A stretch of DNA of 64,000 bases from a virus, in IMG/VR virus record IMGVR_UViG_3300028581_000020, positions 1 through 64,000 of that record; one strand, 5' to 3'. Of the stretch, positions 1-7,988 are shown piece by piece (the stretch's first letter is position 1; each line of letters opens with the position of its first letter). The notes below the pieces were generated by a model. That model was not told the origin of the DNA, searched no databases, and worked only from the letters and a program-made list of their open reading frames with translations. Position numbers and translations under genes: made by a program.

Positions 1-489
1 GGACTTGATGCACCTAAGAAGTTCAATTGGTATTTGAGTCCTAATGAAGCTGTTTTGGCGGCTATGTGGTCCAAGGTGGGGTCCGAGGTGTGGTCCGAGG
101 TGTGGTCCGAGGTGGGGTCCAAGGTGTGGTCCAAGGTGGAGGCTGAAATTTGCTGGGGACAACACGATGCTGGATTTCTTTCAGAATATGCCTTCTATCT
201 GAAAGAATTGGGATTAAAAGAATGTGAACGATTGACTCCCCGTATGGAGCTTGCTAAAGAATGTGGATGGTTTATTCCTTATAAAGACGAAGTATTTATT
301 TCTGAGAAGCCTTGTGAAATTCATTTGAACCATAAAGGACAGCTTCATAATCCCGTAGGTCCCGCTCTATTGTATAAAAATGGTTATTGTCTGTATTCGA
401 TTGATGGAAATGTTCTAGATGATAAAGAAGGATTTAAAATTACTAAGTCAAATTTAATCAATTCGGAAGTGAAGGATTTATTAAAATGA
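1..489 (+). CDS. DUF6745-like protein, 5'-truncated by the window, carrying the C-terminal tag
   Basis: Frame is open from base 1 (GLDAPKKFNWYLSP...). WSEV-type repeats are followed by WGQHDAG...CGWFIPY...LHNPVGPAL, the pattern I recall for DUF6745. Ends KSNLINSEVKDLLK*. Confidence 0.7.
   Translation, partial: GLDAPKKFNWYLSPNEAVLAAMWSKVGSEVWSEVWSEVGSKVWSKVEAEICWGQHDAGFLSEYAFYLKELGLKECERLTPRMELAKECGWFIPYKDEVFISEKPCEIHLNHKGQLHNPVGPALLYKNGYCLYSIDGNVLDDKEGFKITKSNLINSEVKDLLK
67..138 (+). repeat. 12-bp tandem repeat x6, (T/G)GGTCC(A/G)AGGTG, encoding (W/G)S(K/E)V
   Basis: Read directly from the sequence. Confidence 0.95.
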
Positions 490-665
490 ACACAGAAATT
501 AAAAAGCCCGCACAACTCTTCATCATGGAAGCTTCCGCCACACGAAAACTTTTTGGTGAGGCGTCAGACGAAAAGAAACGCGCCCACGCCAAAAGAGTAA
601 TTGACTGGCATAAACAAGTTCGTTATAACAAACTTCGTCATCTCATTGAGAAACTTCGTGGATAA
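486..665 (+). CDS. Hypothetical basic protein, 59 aa (not in ORF track)
   Basis: MNTEIKKPAQ...IEKLRG*. ATGA overlap upstream and TAATG overlap downstream. Confidence 0.7.
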   Translation: MNTEIKKPAQLFIMEASATRKLFGEASDEKKRAHAKRVIDWHKQVRYNKLRHLIEKLRG

Positions 666-886
666 TGAAACATAAATTAGCACGCCGATATATTGACCAA
701 AACGGAAACGAGCGCTTGCTTGTATTTCATCGGGACTCTCCATATGGTCCCCAATGGCTAGACGAGCAAGGCGACGTTATTACCATTGATACCGTGAAAG
801 ACGTTAACGGAGGCTTGCATAATCCTTGGGATTTTGTTACTATCATAGAAGAATTCTATGTAACCCCGGAGGTATCGGACGAGTAA
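665..886 (+). CDS. Hypothetical protein
   Basis: ORF coupled to the upstream gene. Confidence 0.65.
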   Translation: MKHKLARRYIDQNGNERLLVFHRDSPYGPQWLDEQGDVITIDTVKDVNGGLHNPWDFVTIIEEFYVTPEVSDE

Positions 887-936
887 CGAATTATACAGAC
901 AATAAGCTTATAAATATTAATTAGAAAAGGAGTAAT

Positions 937-1119
937 ATGATCCTGCTTAAACTTGTTCATAACGATACAAATAAATCTGTAGGGAACGTTTTGAGAATTC
1001 GACAAGACGGAGATAAACGTTTGTTGGTTCTTGACAATGGGTCTGAATTGGAACTTAATGTTAAAAACCGCCTTATTTATCGTCTGGAAAAAATCAATAC
1101 CCGCGCTTTTGAAAACTGA
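937..1119 (+). CDS. Hypothetical protein
   Basis: AAGGAG SD upstream. Confidence 0.7.
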   Translation: MILLKLVHNDTNKSVGNVLRIRQDGDKRLLVLDNGSELELNVKNRLIYRLEKINTRAFEN

Positions 1120-1130
1120 TAGGACTAATA

Positions 1131-1379
1131 ATGGAAACTATCGAAGAACTTAAGAACCGAATACGAGAACTAGAAAAGCTTGTCTCCGAATTGTCACGAC
1201 AAGGACGTGAAATGTATTCAGACGAACAACTAAACCATGCCTCCGATAGATATGTACAAATGAATAATAGAAAAACTGCGGACCGGGAATCTTTTGTTGC
1301 CGGATTTGGATTTGGCGTTCCCGCAGGCGAGAAATGGGCATATCGACAAGGCTTTGAAGCTGGAAAAAATTCAAAATAA
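1131..1379 (+). CDS. Hypothetical protein with N-terminal coiled coil
   Basis: AGGA SD. IEELKNRIRELEKL heptads. Confidence 0.7.
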   Translation: METIEELKNRIRELEKLVSELSRQGREMYSDEQLNHASDRYVQMNNRKTADRESFVAGFGFGVPAGEKWAYRQGFEAGKNSK

Positions 1380-1381
1380 CA

Positions 1382-1409
1382 TTGTAATTTAAATTGTATT
1401 TGTTATAAT
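1382..1409 (+). promoter_or_regulatory. Sigma70-like promoter with extended -10, upstream of MoxR/vWA
   Basis: TTGTAA-N16-TATAAT with TGn, then AGGAG SD. Confidence 0.6.
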
Positions 1410-1432
1410 AATAAAATAGGAGAAAATAAATA

Positions 1433-2578
1433 ATGAAATCTTCCGAAATTCACGCAATTCTTGACCTCGCATTTAAGGTCCGCGCCGCAGGCGAACGGTT
1501 TATCCCTTGCTTTGCTGGCGATCCGGGCTTGGGAAAAAGCTTTAATGCTCAACAATGGCAGAAAGACAAGGCTAAAGAAGTTCCCGGCTTTGGTTTTCTT
1601 GACATTCGTTTGGCTCTTCGCGAAGGCCCGGACTTGACCGGCAAACCCACGACGGAGCTTCAGAACGGAAAACTTCGCACTATTTCGGCGCTTCCGGGAT
1701 TTTGGCCCACCGATCCCAAAAGCTCGGGGCTTCTTCTTTTGGAAGAGCCCAATCGGGCAAATACTTGGGTAACGAATTGTATCATGCAACTTTTGACGGA
1801 TCGTAAAATGGATGTTGGGGAAGCGGAACCTTATGTTCTCCCTGAGGGTTGGATGATGGCCGCGTGTATCAATGAAGGGACCGCCGTTGACGTTTCGCAA
1901 ATGGACGCGGCGCTTCGCAATCGCTTCTCTATGTTTGAAATTAAATATGACCGTGTGGAGTTTGTTGACTATATGGAGTCAACGAATTGGCACACAAATG
2001 TTATTAACTTTGTGAAAGACGGAACTTTCCAATTCACTAGCGCCGATGAAATTGGTGAAGGCAAAACCTACGTCTCTCCTCGCACGCTAGAAGTTATTTC
2101 TAATCTTGAGAAGCAATATATTCAAAAGAACGCAACGTTTCATAACACGATTGTTACTAGTATTCTTGGGAAAGAAATTGGGAGCATGTATCATAAGTTT
2201 TGTTTTGACGAATCTCCCATCTCCTATGAAGACCTCACGAAGCGCAAAAAGACCGCTATTAAGCGCCTTGAACGCTTCTCGGGAGTTAACGGCGATCCCG
2301 TTCGTGCCGACATCCTTTCGCTAACGGTACAAAACATTGTCGATAACTTCCCTAATCCCTCGTCGGAAAAAGACCGGAAACTCCTTTATGAAATTTCCCG
2401 TATTATTCCCCTTGACCAATCGGTCGAAATGCTTAAGACGGTATTCAGCAAGGATACAAATAAAGATCTGAAGTTCAAGTCTTTGGAAGCTGAAGATAAG
2501 GAACTCTATGACCTTGTTCTTCGCAAGATGAAAGGTCAATCTGAATACACCAAAGGAACCGAGAAGGATAAGAAATAA
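1433..2578 (+). CDS. MoxR-like AAA+ ATPase
   Basis: Walker A GDPGLGKS, Walker B LLLLEEPNRA, DAALRNRF arginine finger, SPRT sensor. Adjacent to a vWA gene. Confidence 0.85.
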   Translation: MKSSEIHAILDLAFKVRAAGERFIPCFAGDPGLGKSFNAQQWQKDKAKEVPGFGFLDIRLALREGPDLTGKPTTELQNGKLRTISALPGFWPTDPKSSGLLLLEEPNRANTWVTNCIMQLLTDRKMDVGEAEPYVLPEGWMMAACINEGTAVDVSQMDAALRNRFSMFEIKYDRVEFVDYMESTNWHTNVINFVKDGTFQFTSADEIGEGKTYVSPRTLEVISNLEKQYIQKNATFHNTIVTSILGKEIGSMYHKFCFDESPISYEDLTKRKKTAIKRLERFSGVNGDPVRADILSLTVQNIVDNFPNPSSEKDRKLLYEISRIIPLDQSVEMLKTVFSKDTNKDLKFKSLEAEDKELYDLVLRKMKGQSEYTKGTEKDKK

Positions 2579-3984
2579 TGCCTAATACAAACGCAATGAC
2601 AGATAAGGGAGCGGGACTTGATCCCGTTCCCGTCCCTTCCGAAATTGTGCCGAAAAGGGAGCGCACCCCTCCTGACCTTAAACTCGCCAAAGAGAATATG
2701 GCGTGGGCAACTTCGACGGTTCTCAATGCGTCGGGATTTGGCTTTTATGGCTATATTCTGCAAGGTATGCCAACTCGGTTTACAACGGGACTTCCCACCG
2801 CTGGCGTTGCGTTCGATCCCCGCACTAAGCAATTTAACTTGTATGTCAATCCTTATTTCTGGAATGAATCTCTAGACAAGCTTCAGCGCGTTGCGGTTCT
2901 TATCCATGAAATGCTGCACGTAACCCACAAGCATGTTTATTATAATCTAAAGGGTCATCAAGAAAAGGACCGACTTAACATTGCCATGGATATGGTGATT
3001 AATCAGCAAATTTTGCATATGCCGAAAGAAGCCATCTTTGTCGAGAACTTCAAAGACAAAACCGGCAAACTTTTCCCCAAGAATCAAACTGTAGAAGTTT
3101 ATTACGATCTTTTGGAAAATGACGCTCAAGTCTTTCAACGCTCTCAGAATGGTCAAGGCGAAGGGGAAGGGAAAGACAAGCAAGAAACTAGCGGCCAAGG
3201 AATCCCTGGAGATGTTGAGCACAACGGACAAAGGGGAAAATGGAAACGTCTTGGCGATCTAAAAAAGGAATTGGGCTGGGATCAACATGAATGGGGTCTT
3301 GACTCTCAGGACAATCAAAGCCTTAAAGAAAAGCTCGAAGGACTTCAGGACTTGTTTAAGCGTGCGGAACATAAGGCATCGTTTGACCACTCTATAGATA
3401 AAAACGCTTTTGAAGACTTCCTTAAAGAAATTAAGTCCCGCATTCAAAAACTTGACGCACGCGGCATTTTGCTTAACGCCTTAAGAAAGTCCATGCCTTC
3501 GAAGTTCGTTAAGAAATCTTGGTGGAGAGAATCTAGCCGTTATGGCGACGATGCTCCGGGAAGTCTCAGAGCCCCAATGCCCAAAATTGCTGTACTTGTT
3601 GACACTTCAGGCTCTATGAGCATCGAAGAAATTAACGAATTCTTTGCTGTAACGAATCAATTCATGACGGTAGGCATTGACAAAGCGTTCCTTGGACTTT
3701 TCCATACCGATATGTATTATGACACGATTGTCAAGAAAAACTTCCAGCTTGCCAAAACTAACATTCGGGATAAAGTACAAGGCGGCGGGACTGAATTGAC
3801 GACAGCCTTTGAATGGGCAAAGAAAAAGAATCCGGATATGATTATTGTATTGACAGACGGATATTGGTCTATGCCGAATATCAACGTTAAGAAGCTGCCT
3901 GAATGCTGTTTTGTCATCTCGAAACAAGGAACAACGGATCATCCCATGAAGGGTAGTGGACGAACGGTGAAATATGACCCGTGA
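2578..3984 (+). CDS. HExxH metallopeptidase-like plus vWA domain protein (DUF2201-type)
   Basis: LIHEMLHV, NIAMDMVIN, MIDAS DTSGS, GGGT, VLTDG. Confidence 0.85.
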   Translation: MPNTNAMTDKGAGLDPVPVPSEIVPKRERTPPDLKLAKENMAWATSTVLNASGFGFYGYILQGMPTRFTTGLPTAGVAFDPRTKQFNLYVNPYFWNESLDKLQRVAVLIHEMLHVTHKHVYYNLKGHQEKDRLNIAMDMVINQQILHMPKEAIFVENFKDKTGKLFPKNQTVEVYYDLLENDAQVFQRSQNGQGEGEGKDKQETSGQGIPGDVEHNGQRGKWKRLGDLKKELGWDQHEWGLDSQDNQSLKEKLEGLQDLFKRAEHKASFDHSIDKNAFEDFLKEIKSRIQKLDARGILLNALRKSMPSKFVKKSWWRESSRYGDDAPGSLRAPMPKIAVLVDTSGSMSIEEINEFFAVTNQFMTVGIDKAFLGLFHTDMYYDTIVKKNFQLAKTNIRDKVQGGGTELTTAFEWAKKKNPDMIIVLTDGYWSMPNINVKKLPECCFVISKQGTTDHPMKGSGRTVKYDP

Positions 3985-4186
3985 TAGGTATTTTCGATTT
4001 ACAAAAGGCCCAAATAGAGGTTCTATTGTATATAAATTAACCGCCGAAGGTTTGTATTATAAAAAAACTGATACCTTGGTCTGGAGAGAATCTGCGGCAT
4101 CGGTAGAACAAATGGAATCCACACTAATGACCGAAGTCACAAAAGAGTATGAAGTACAAAACGAAATTAAGGAGTTGCTTAAATGA
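3974..4186 (+). CDS. Small tagged protein
   Basis: Ends KEYEVQNEIKELLK*. Confidence 0.85.
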   Translation: MTRDRYFRFTKGPNRGSIVYKLTAEGLYYKKTDTLVWRESAASVEQMESTLMTEVTKEYEVQNEIKELLK

Positions 4187-4278
4187 TTAAGATTAAAGTC
4201 CTACAATTTCTTGGAGAAATTCTTAACAATGGAATTTTCTATGCAATGATCGCCATTGCTGTGAGGGTTTTTGTATGA
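4183..4278 (+). CDS. 31-aa hydrophobic peptide (not in ORF track)
   Basis: MIKIKVLQFLGEILNNGIFYAMIAIAVRVFV*, with ATGA overlaps at both ends. Confidence 0.6.
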   Translation: MIKIKVLQFLGEILNNGIFYAMIAIAVRVFV

Positions 4279-4490
4279 AAGTGCAATTTGATTTTGAATT
4301 GATTAATGGAAATACCGTCTATGTCACGGCAAAAAAGAAAGGCGAAGAGGAATTTGACTTGCGCCTTCAGGATGACAATGGGGTCGAAATCCCTTTGACG
4401 CAAATTGATGAAGACGAACTCGATTCTATGAAAGAAAAAGCCGAAGAAGAGATCTTCTTTAAGACGCAGGAATTGGATTTTAGGGATTAG
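4275..4490 (+). CDS. Small acidic hypothetical protein
   Basis: D/E-rich ORF, coupled. Confidence 0.7.
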   Translation: MKVQFDFELINGNTVYVTAKKKGEEEFDLRLQDDNGVEIPLTQIDEDELDSMKEKAEEEIFFKTQELDFRD

Positions 4491-4492
4491 AA

Positions 4493-4717
4493 ATGGACAT
4501 TGGCATTGTTGAAGGTGAATGGTATATGAACCGCGAGACAAAAAACTGCTATAAGGTACTGCATTGGCCTGGATTTTATAGCATGTCTTTCCCTGTATCC
4601 ACCGATGGCAAAAATATAATCACATATAAAACATCTCTTATAAGGAATTGGGTCCACCTTCCTAATTACGAAAAGACCTTGACAATACAATCGGAAGTTA
4701 ATAAGCTATTGGAATGA
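4493..4717 (+). CDS. Small tagged protein (HLPNY subtype)
   Basis: Ends HLPNYEKTLTIQSEVNKLLE*. Confidence 0.85.
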   Translation: MDIGIVEGEWYMNRETKNCYKVLHWPGFYSMSFPVSTDGKNIITYKTSLIRNWVHLPNYEKTLTIQSEVNKLLE

Positions 4718-4932
4718 GAGATATTGCGGTCTTTAAAGACATTGATAGAGAAAACCCCTGGACATGGGTGTATCAAAAAGGAGAACTTGTGGAGGTATTT
4801 TCAAATACAGACCGATATCCTGCCGATACTAAAATGTGGCCATATGATAAAATGCGGGAGTATTCGGGTTTTATTAAAGATATAACAAAAGAATATCTTA
4901 TTGACAAAGAACTGAAGGACCTATTAAAATGA
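4714..4932 (+). CDS. Small tagged protein
   Basis: Ends KEYLIDKELKDLLK*. Confidence 0.85.
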   Translation: MRDIAVFKDIDRENPWTWVYQKGELVEVFSNTDRYPADTKMWPYDKMREYSGFIKDITKEYLIDKELKDLLK

Positions 4933-5144
4933 AAGTACAAGCTGGGCAAGTCTGGCTTTGGAAAAGATTTGATCTTTCGGGAGTAAAATGTCGTATTCTA
5001 GAAATTAGAAATCAAACTACAGTTATTGAAAATTGCGAATTAAAAACTAAACACATAATTTTTACAAATTATCTTGCTGATAAATGTTGGGAACTATCAA
5101 AATCGTCTGAAATTAAAGACGAAATAGAGGATCTATTGGCATGA
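4929..5144 (+). CDS. Small tagged protein
   Basis: Ends KSSEIKDEIEDLLA*. Confidence 0.85.
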   Translation: MKVQAGQVWLWKRFDLSGVKCRILEIRNQTTVIENCELKTKHIIFTNYLADKCWELSKSSEIKDEIEDLLA

Positions 5145-5380
5145 AGTTCTATAAAGGAATGATTTTACGAGGAAAAGGCCCTTATAAACACCTCACGTTT
5201 AAATTGCTTAATATAGAAAAACAAACCTGGAGAGTTTTAGAGGACAATCGAGAATGCGGATCGAGAAACGGGAAAACTGAGGTTTATAGCGTCTCAGAAA
5301 TCGAATGGGGAGACAATCAATGGGAAGTTATTACAAAATCCTTCGAGACTAGTAAAGAATTGAAGGATATTCTAAAATGA
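5141..5380 (+). CDS. Small tagged protein (paralog of 28277)
   Basis: MKFYKGMIL... and ends KSFETSKELKDILK*. Confidence 0.85.
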   Translation: MKFYKGMILRGKGPYKHLTFKLLNIEKQTWRVLEDNRECGSRNGKTEVYSVSEIEWGDNQWEVITKSFETSKELKDILK

Positions 5381-5832
5381 ATCTTCCTAAAGCAATTTGT
5401 GTTGATATTGATGGCACAATCGCGAATATTGACCATCGTCTTCACCACGTCCGAAGAAAGCCAAAGAACTGGCCGGAATTCTTTAAGGAAATGTCAAAGG
5501 ATTCTGTAAACGAATGGTGTCAAAATTTAGTTTATTTGTATTTCAATGCCGGTTATAAGATTATCTTTGTATCCGGACGCGGCGAGGAATATCGCCGCGC
5601 AACAGAAACTTGGCTTGACGAAAAAGCACAAGTATATCATACTGCCTATGAGCTTTACATGCGTCCAGAAAAAGACTATAGGCAAGACGACATAATTAAG
5701 GAAGAAATCTACTTGACGAAAATCAAAGATAAGTATAATGTTGAAGTTGTAATTGATGATCGGCCACGGGTTTGTCGCAAATGGCGGGAGTTGGGACTTC
5801 TAGTCCTTCAATGCAATGACAAAGAATTTTAA
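5377..5832 (+). CDS. HAD-family phosphatase, like the Pnkp/PseT 3'-phosphatase domain
   Basis: DIDGT, VSGR, LYMR, IDDR motifs. Confidence 0.85.
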   Translation: MNLPKAICVDIDGTIANIDHRLHHVRRKPKNWPEFFKEMSKDSVNEWCQNLVYLYFNAGYKIIFVSGRGEEYRRATETWLDEKAQVYHTAYELYMRPEKDYRQDDIIKEEIYLTKIKDKYNVEVVIDDRPRVCRKWRELGLLVLQCNDKEF

Positions 5833-6013
5833 GTACTATCGAGAATCTTATGGTCACGTTTATAAATACGACGGCGATAATTTGATCGCCGTAAAGCCAA
5901 TGGGCAAAGAATGGAGAGATCCACATCTTCCATTAAATGTAGTGGACTATGATTGGGAAGATGTCACAAAAGAATACCAAATTCAACAAGAAGTCAAGGA
6001 TTTATTGAAATGA
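5816..6013 (+). CDS. Small tagged protein
   Basis: Ends KEYQIQQEVKDLLK*. Confidence 0.85.
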   Translation: MTKNFKYYRESYGHVYKYDGDNLIAVKPMGKEWRDPHLPLNVVDYDWEDVTKEYQIQQEVKDLLK

Positions 6014-6231
6014 ATTATCGCTATTTTTTATCTCTAGATCCTAATACTATCATTAGACGCCATTCGGATTTGTCGGGAATGGAAATGCGGCTATATCATG
6101 ACAAAAACGACGAATGGAGGCCTTCACAGTTAGATATTAAATACATAGAAGCTATGATAAGGTGCGGATCAATGAAAGACGCGACAAAAGAATTGGAAGT
6201 CCTTGACGAAATCAAGGATATTTTGTCATGA
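6010..6231 (+). CDS. Small tagged protein
   Basis: Start moved to the ATGA overlap. Ends KELEVLDEIKDILS*. Confidence 0.8.
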   Translation: MNYRYFLSLDPNTIIRRHSDLSGMEMRLYHDKNDEWRPSQLDIKYIEAMIRCGSMKDATKELEVLDEIKDILS

Positions 6232-6440
6232 AGCTGAAAGTTGGCGAATATTATAGGTCAATAGGCGCTCACTACGTATTTAGGGTTGATAGTTTCGATA
6301 GAAATCAAGATTATTTTGTTCAATTCGAAACAGATGGCAGATTCGAAAAATGGAAAGATGGTTTAAATGATTACGAACATCTTCCCAATTACAAAAAATC
6401 AATAGAAATAAAGGATGAACTCGATAAGCTTTTGGCTTGA
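6228..6440 (+). CDS. Small tagged protein (HLPNY subtype)
   Basis: MKLKVGEYY... and ends KSIEIKDELDKLLA*. Confidence 0.85.
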   Translation: MKLKVGEYYRSIGAHYVFRVDSFDRNQDYFVQFETDGRFEKWKDGLNDYEHLPNYKKSIEIKDELDKLLA

Positions 6441-6464
6441 CTCATTCAATAATAATGATACACT
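6437..6464 (+). promoter_or_regulatory. Sigma70-like promoter whose -35 overlaps a tag stop codon
   Basis: TTGACT-N16-TACACT with TGn. Confidence 0.55.
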
Positions 6465-6482
6465 TACTATGTGGAGGAAACT

Positions 6483-6740
6483 ATGAATACGAGAATTCGG
6501 TACTTTGACAATGACGGTGTTTTGGAATCTAGCGGAATGGATGGCGCAAACAATAAAGTGTTGCGTGTTCGGCTTAATGACAATAAATTCTCTGTATTAG
6601 ATCAAAATGACGAGATTTTGGCGGCAGGGGAAGCGAAAACCTCTACGTCCGCAAAAATCAAGGCCAAAGAGTCGCTTAAAAACTTTGGCGTTGTCTTTTC
6701 TGACGAAAAGCGTCAAAGAAAGTCTTCCGATCCCGTATGA
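6483..6740 (+). CDS. Hypothetical protein
   Basis: GGAGG SD before the ATG at 6483. Confidence 0.75.
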   Translation: MNTRIRYFDNDGVLESSGMDGANNKVLRVRLNDNKFSVLDQNDEILAAGEAKTSTSAKIKAKESLKNFGVVFSDEKRQRKSSDPV

Positions 6741-6970
6741 AGAAAGTCCGGCTTGGGCAGATTTTTAAGGCCAAAGAGGGATCTATATATTACGGCGCAA
6801 CTTGGAAATGCATTAATGTCAGAAATGGAAAATTCCAAGAGATGTCAAATCCTAAAGATTGTATCGAAGATCCAGTTCACAGCTTTATCAGAGATTGGGA
6901 AGAAAGCGATTGGATTGACGTGACGAAAGAATATGAAGTTAATGAAGAAGTTAAGGATTTGTTGAAATGA
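6737..6970 (+). CDS. Small tagged protein
   Basis: Ends KEYEVNEEVKDLLK*. Confidence 0.85.
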   Translation: MKKVRLGQIFKAKEGSIYYGATWKCINVRNGKFQEMSNPKDCIEDPVHSFIRDWEESDWIDVTKEYEVNEEVKDLLK

Positions 6971-7002
6971 CTTCATTAACATTCAGTCGAGCTTTGCAAT
7001 GA
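6967..7002 (+). other. 11-codon relay micro-ORF MTSLTFSRALQ
   Basis: ATGA overlaps at both ends. Near-twin at 26079. Confidence 0.6.
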
Positions 7003-7259
7003 GTCTCGGTGATATTAAATGTCGCATTTCTGCTGACGCAACAACAAAACTCCTTAAGTATAAAGACAAAGACTTCCTACCCTTCCGAGTGCAGGATTAT
7101 ATACAGAAAGCCATTGAATGCGTCTTTGAAATCTCCCCTAAAGAAGCCGAAAACATGGTGACGTTCTGGACTATTGAGGGTTTAATTAACGTTTTTGAAG
7201 CTGAGACGAATAAGATTCTAGAAATCATTTTGGAAGAAGAGCAGGAGGGACAATGTTGA
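6999..7259 (+). CDS. Hypothetical protein
   Basis: ORF within the operon. Confidence 0.7.
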   Translation: MSLGDIKCRISADATTKLLKYKDKDFLPFRVQDYIQKAIECVFEISPKEAENMVTFWTIEGLINVFEAETNKILEIILEEEQEGQC

Positions 7260-7447
7260 TTGTAATGGTGTCGCTATTGTGGCTTTTGAGTGTTACCTGT
7301 GCTCTATATATTTGGGCGAAAAATTTTGATGAAATTCAATATATCGCACTATTTTGTGCGATTATTGGCGGCCCCGTAACGCTTCTAGTTTGGGGAATGA
7401 TGTTTCTAAATGGCAGGAACCACGTTGTCTGGAGACGGAAGAAATGA
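7253..7447 (+). CDS. Small 2-TM membrane protein
   Basis: Two hydrophobic segments and a basic C-terminus. Confidence 0.7.
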   Translation: MLIVMVSLLWLLSVTCALYIWAKNFDEIQYIALFCAIIGGPVTLLVWGMMFLNGRNHVVWRRKK

Positions 7448-7653
7448 TGCCTAAAGTCGGAGAAATTTGGAGATTTTGCAACTCTAAAAATTGGAGGATT
7501 CATAAAATTGACTCCAAATGGGCAACACTTGAATCTCCCGATACTGGCGAATTTGTCCAACAATACAACACTAGATATTTCGAAACTCCCGGCTTATGGA
7601 AACACACAAAACATTCTATTATTGACAAAGAAGTGAAAGATCTGCTATCCTAA
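7444..7653 (+). CDS. Small tagged protein
   Basis: Start at ATGA overlap (MMPKVGEIW). Ends KHSIIDKEVKDLLS*. Confidence 0.8.
   Translation: MMPKVGEIWRFCNSKNWRIHKIDSKWATLESPDTGEFVQQYNTRYFETPGLWKHTKHSIIDKEVKDLLS
7622..7651 (+). promoter_or_regulatory. Sigma70-like promoter inside tag-coding DNA
   Basis: TTGACA-N18-TATCCT with TGn. Next ATG at 7658 has no SD. Confidence 0.55.
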
Positions 7654-7657
7654 TCCC

Positions 7658-7933
7658 ATGACACTTATTCAATTCTTTATTGGTCTTTTTGTCTTTATAT
7701 TTGGATATTTGTATTTCCAATCTGTTCTTAAAGACCTTCGCAAAAACGTAATGCCTGGCGATGTTGTTGGTATTCGTTTTGGCGATTATGTCGTCAATAG
7801 AAAAATTCGTGCTATCTCCGGAACGACAGTTGATGTTTTAAGCCTCAAAGGCAATAATGTAATTACTGTTGACAAATCCAATATCTATGTTTGGGATAAA
7901 TTTGCCATTGAGGATGAGAAAATTGATGTCTGA
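7658..7933 (+). CDS. Single-TM protein with YajC-like architecture
   Basis: N-terminal TM, then PGDVV...IRAISGTTVDV...ITVDKSNI. Confidence 0.45.
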   Translation: MTLIQFFIGLFVFIFGYLYFQSVLKDLRKNVMPGDVVGIRFGDYVVNRKIRAISGTTVDVLSLKGNNVITVDKSNIYVWDKFAIEDEKIDV

Positions 7934-7988
7934 TTTGATTTATAAATTTGCAGAAATACAAAAAGAAGTAAAGGATTTACTATCATGA
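7926..7988 (+). CDS. 20-aa tag-only micropeptide (not in ORF track)
   Basis: MSDLIYKFAEIQKEVKDLLS*. ATGA overlap with nrdA. Confidence 0.7.
   Translation: MSDLIYKFAEIQKEVKDLLS

Noticed and set aside
4901-4930. TTGACA-N18-TAAAAT in the tag of gene 4714
   Set aside because: No extended -10 and the box overlaps the next start codon, so it is not listed as a promoter, though it may be real.
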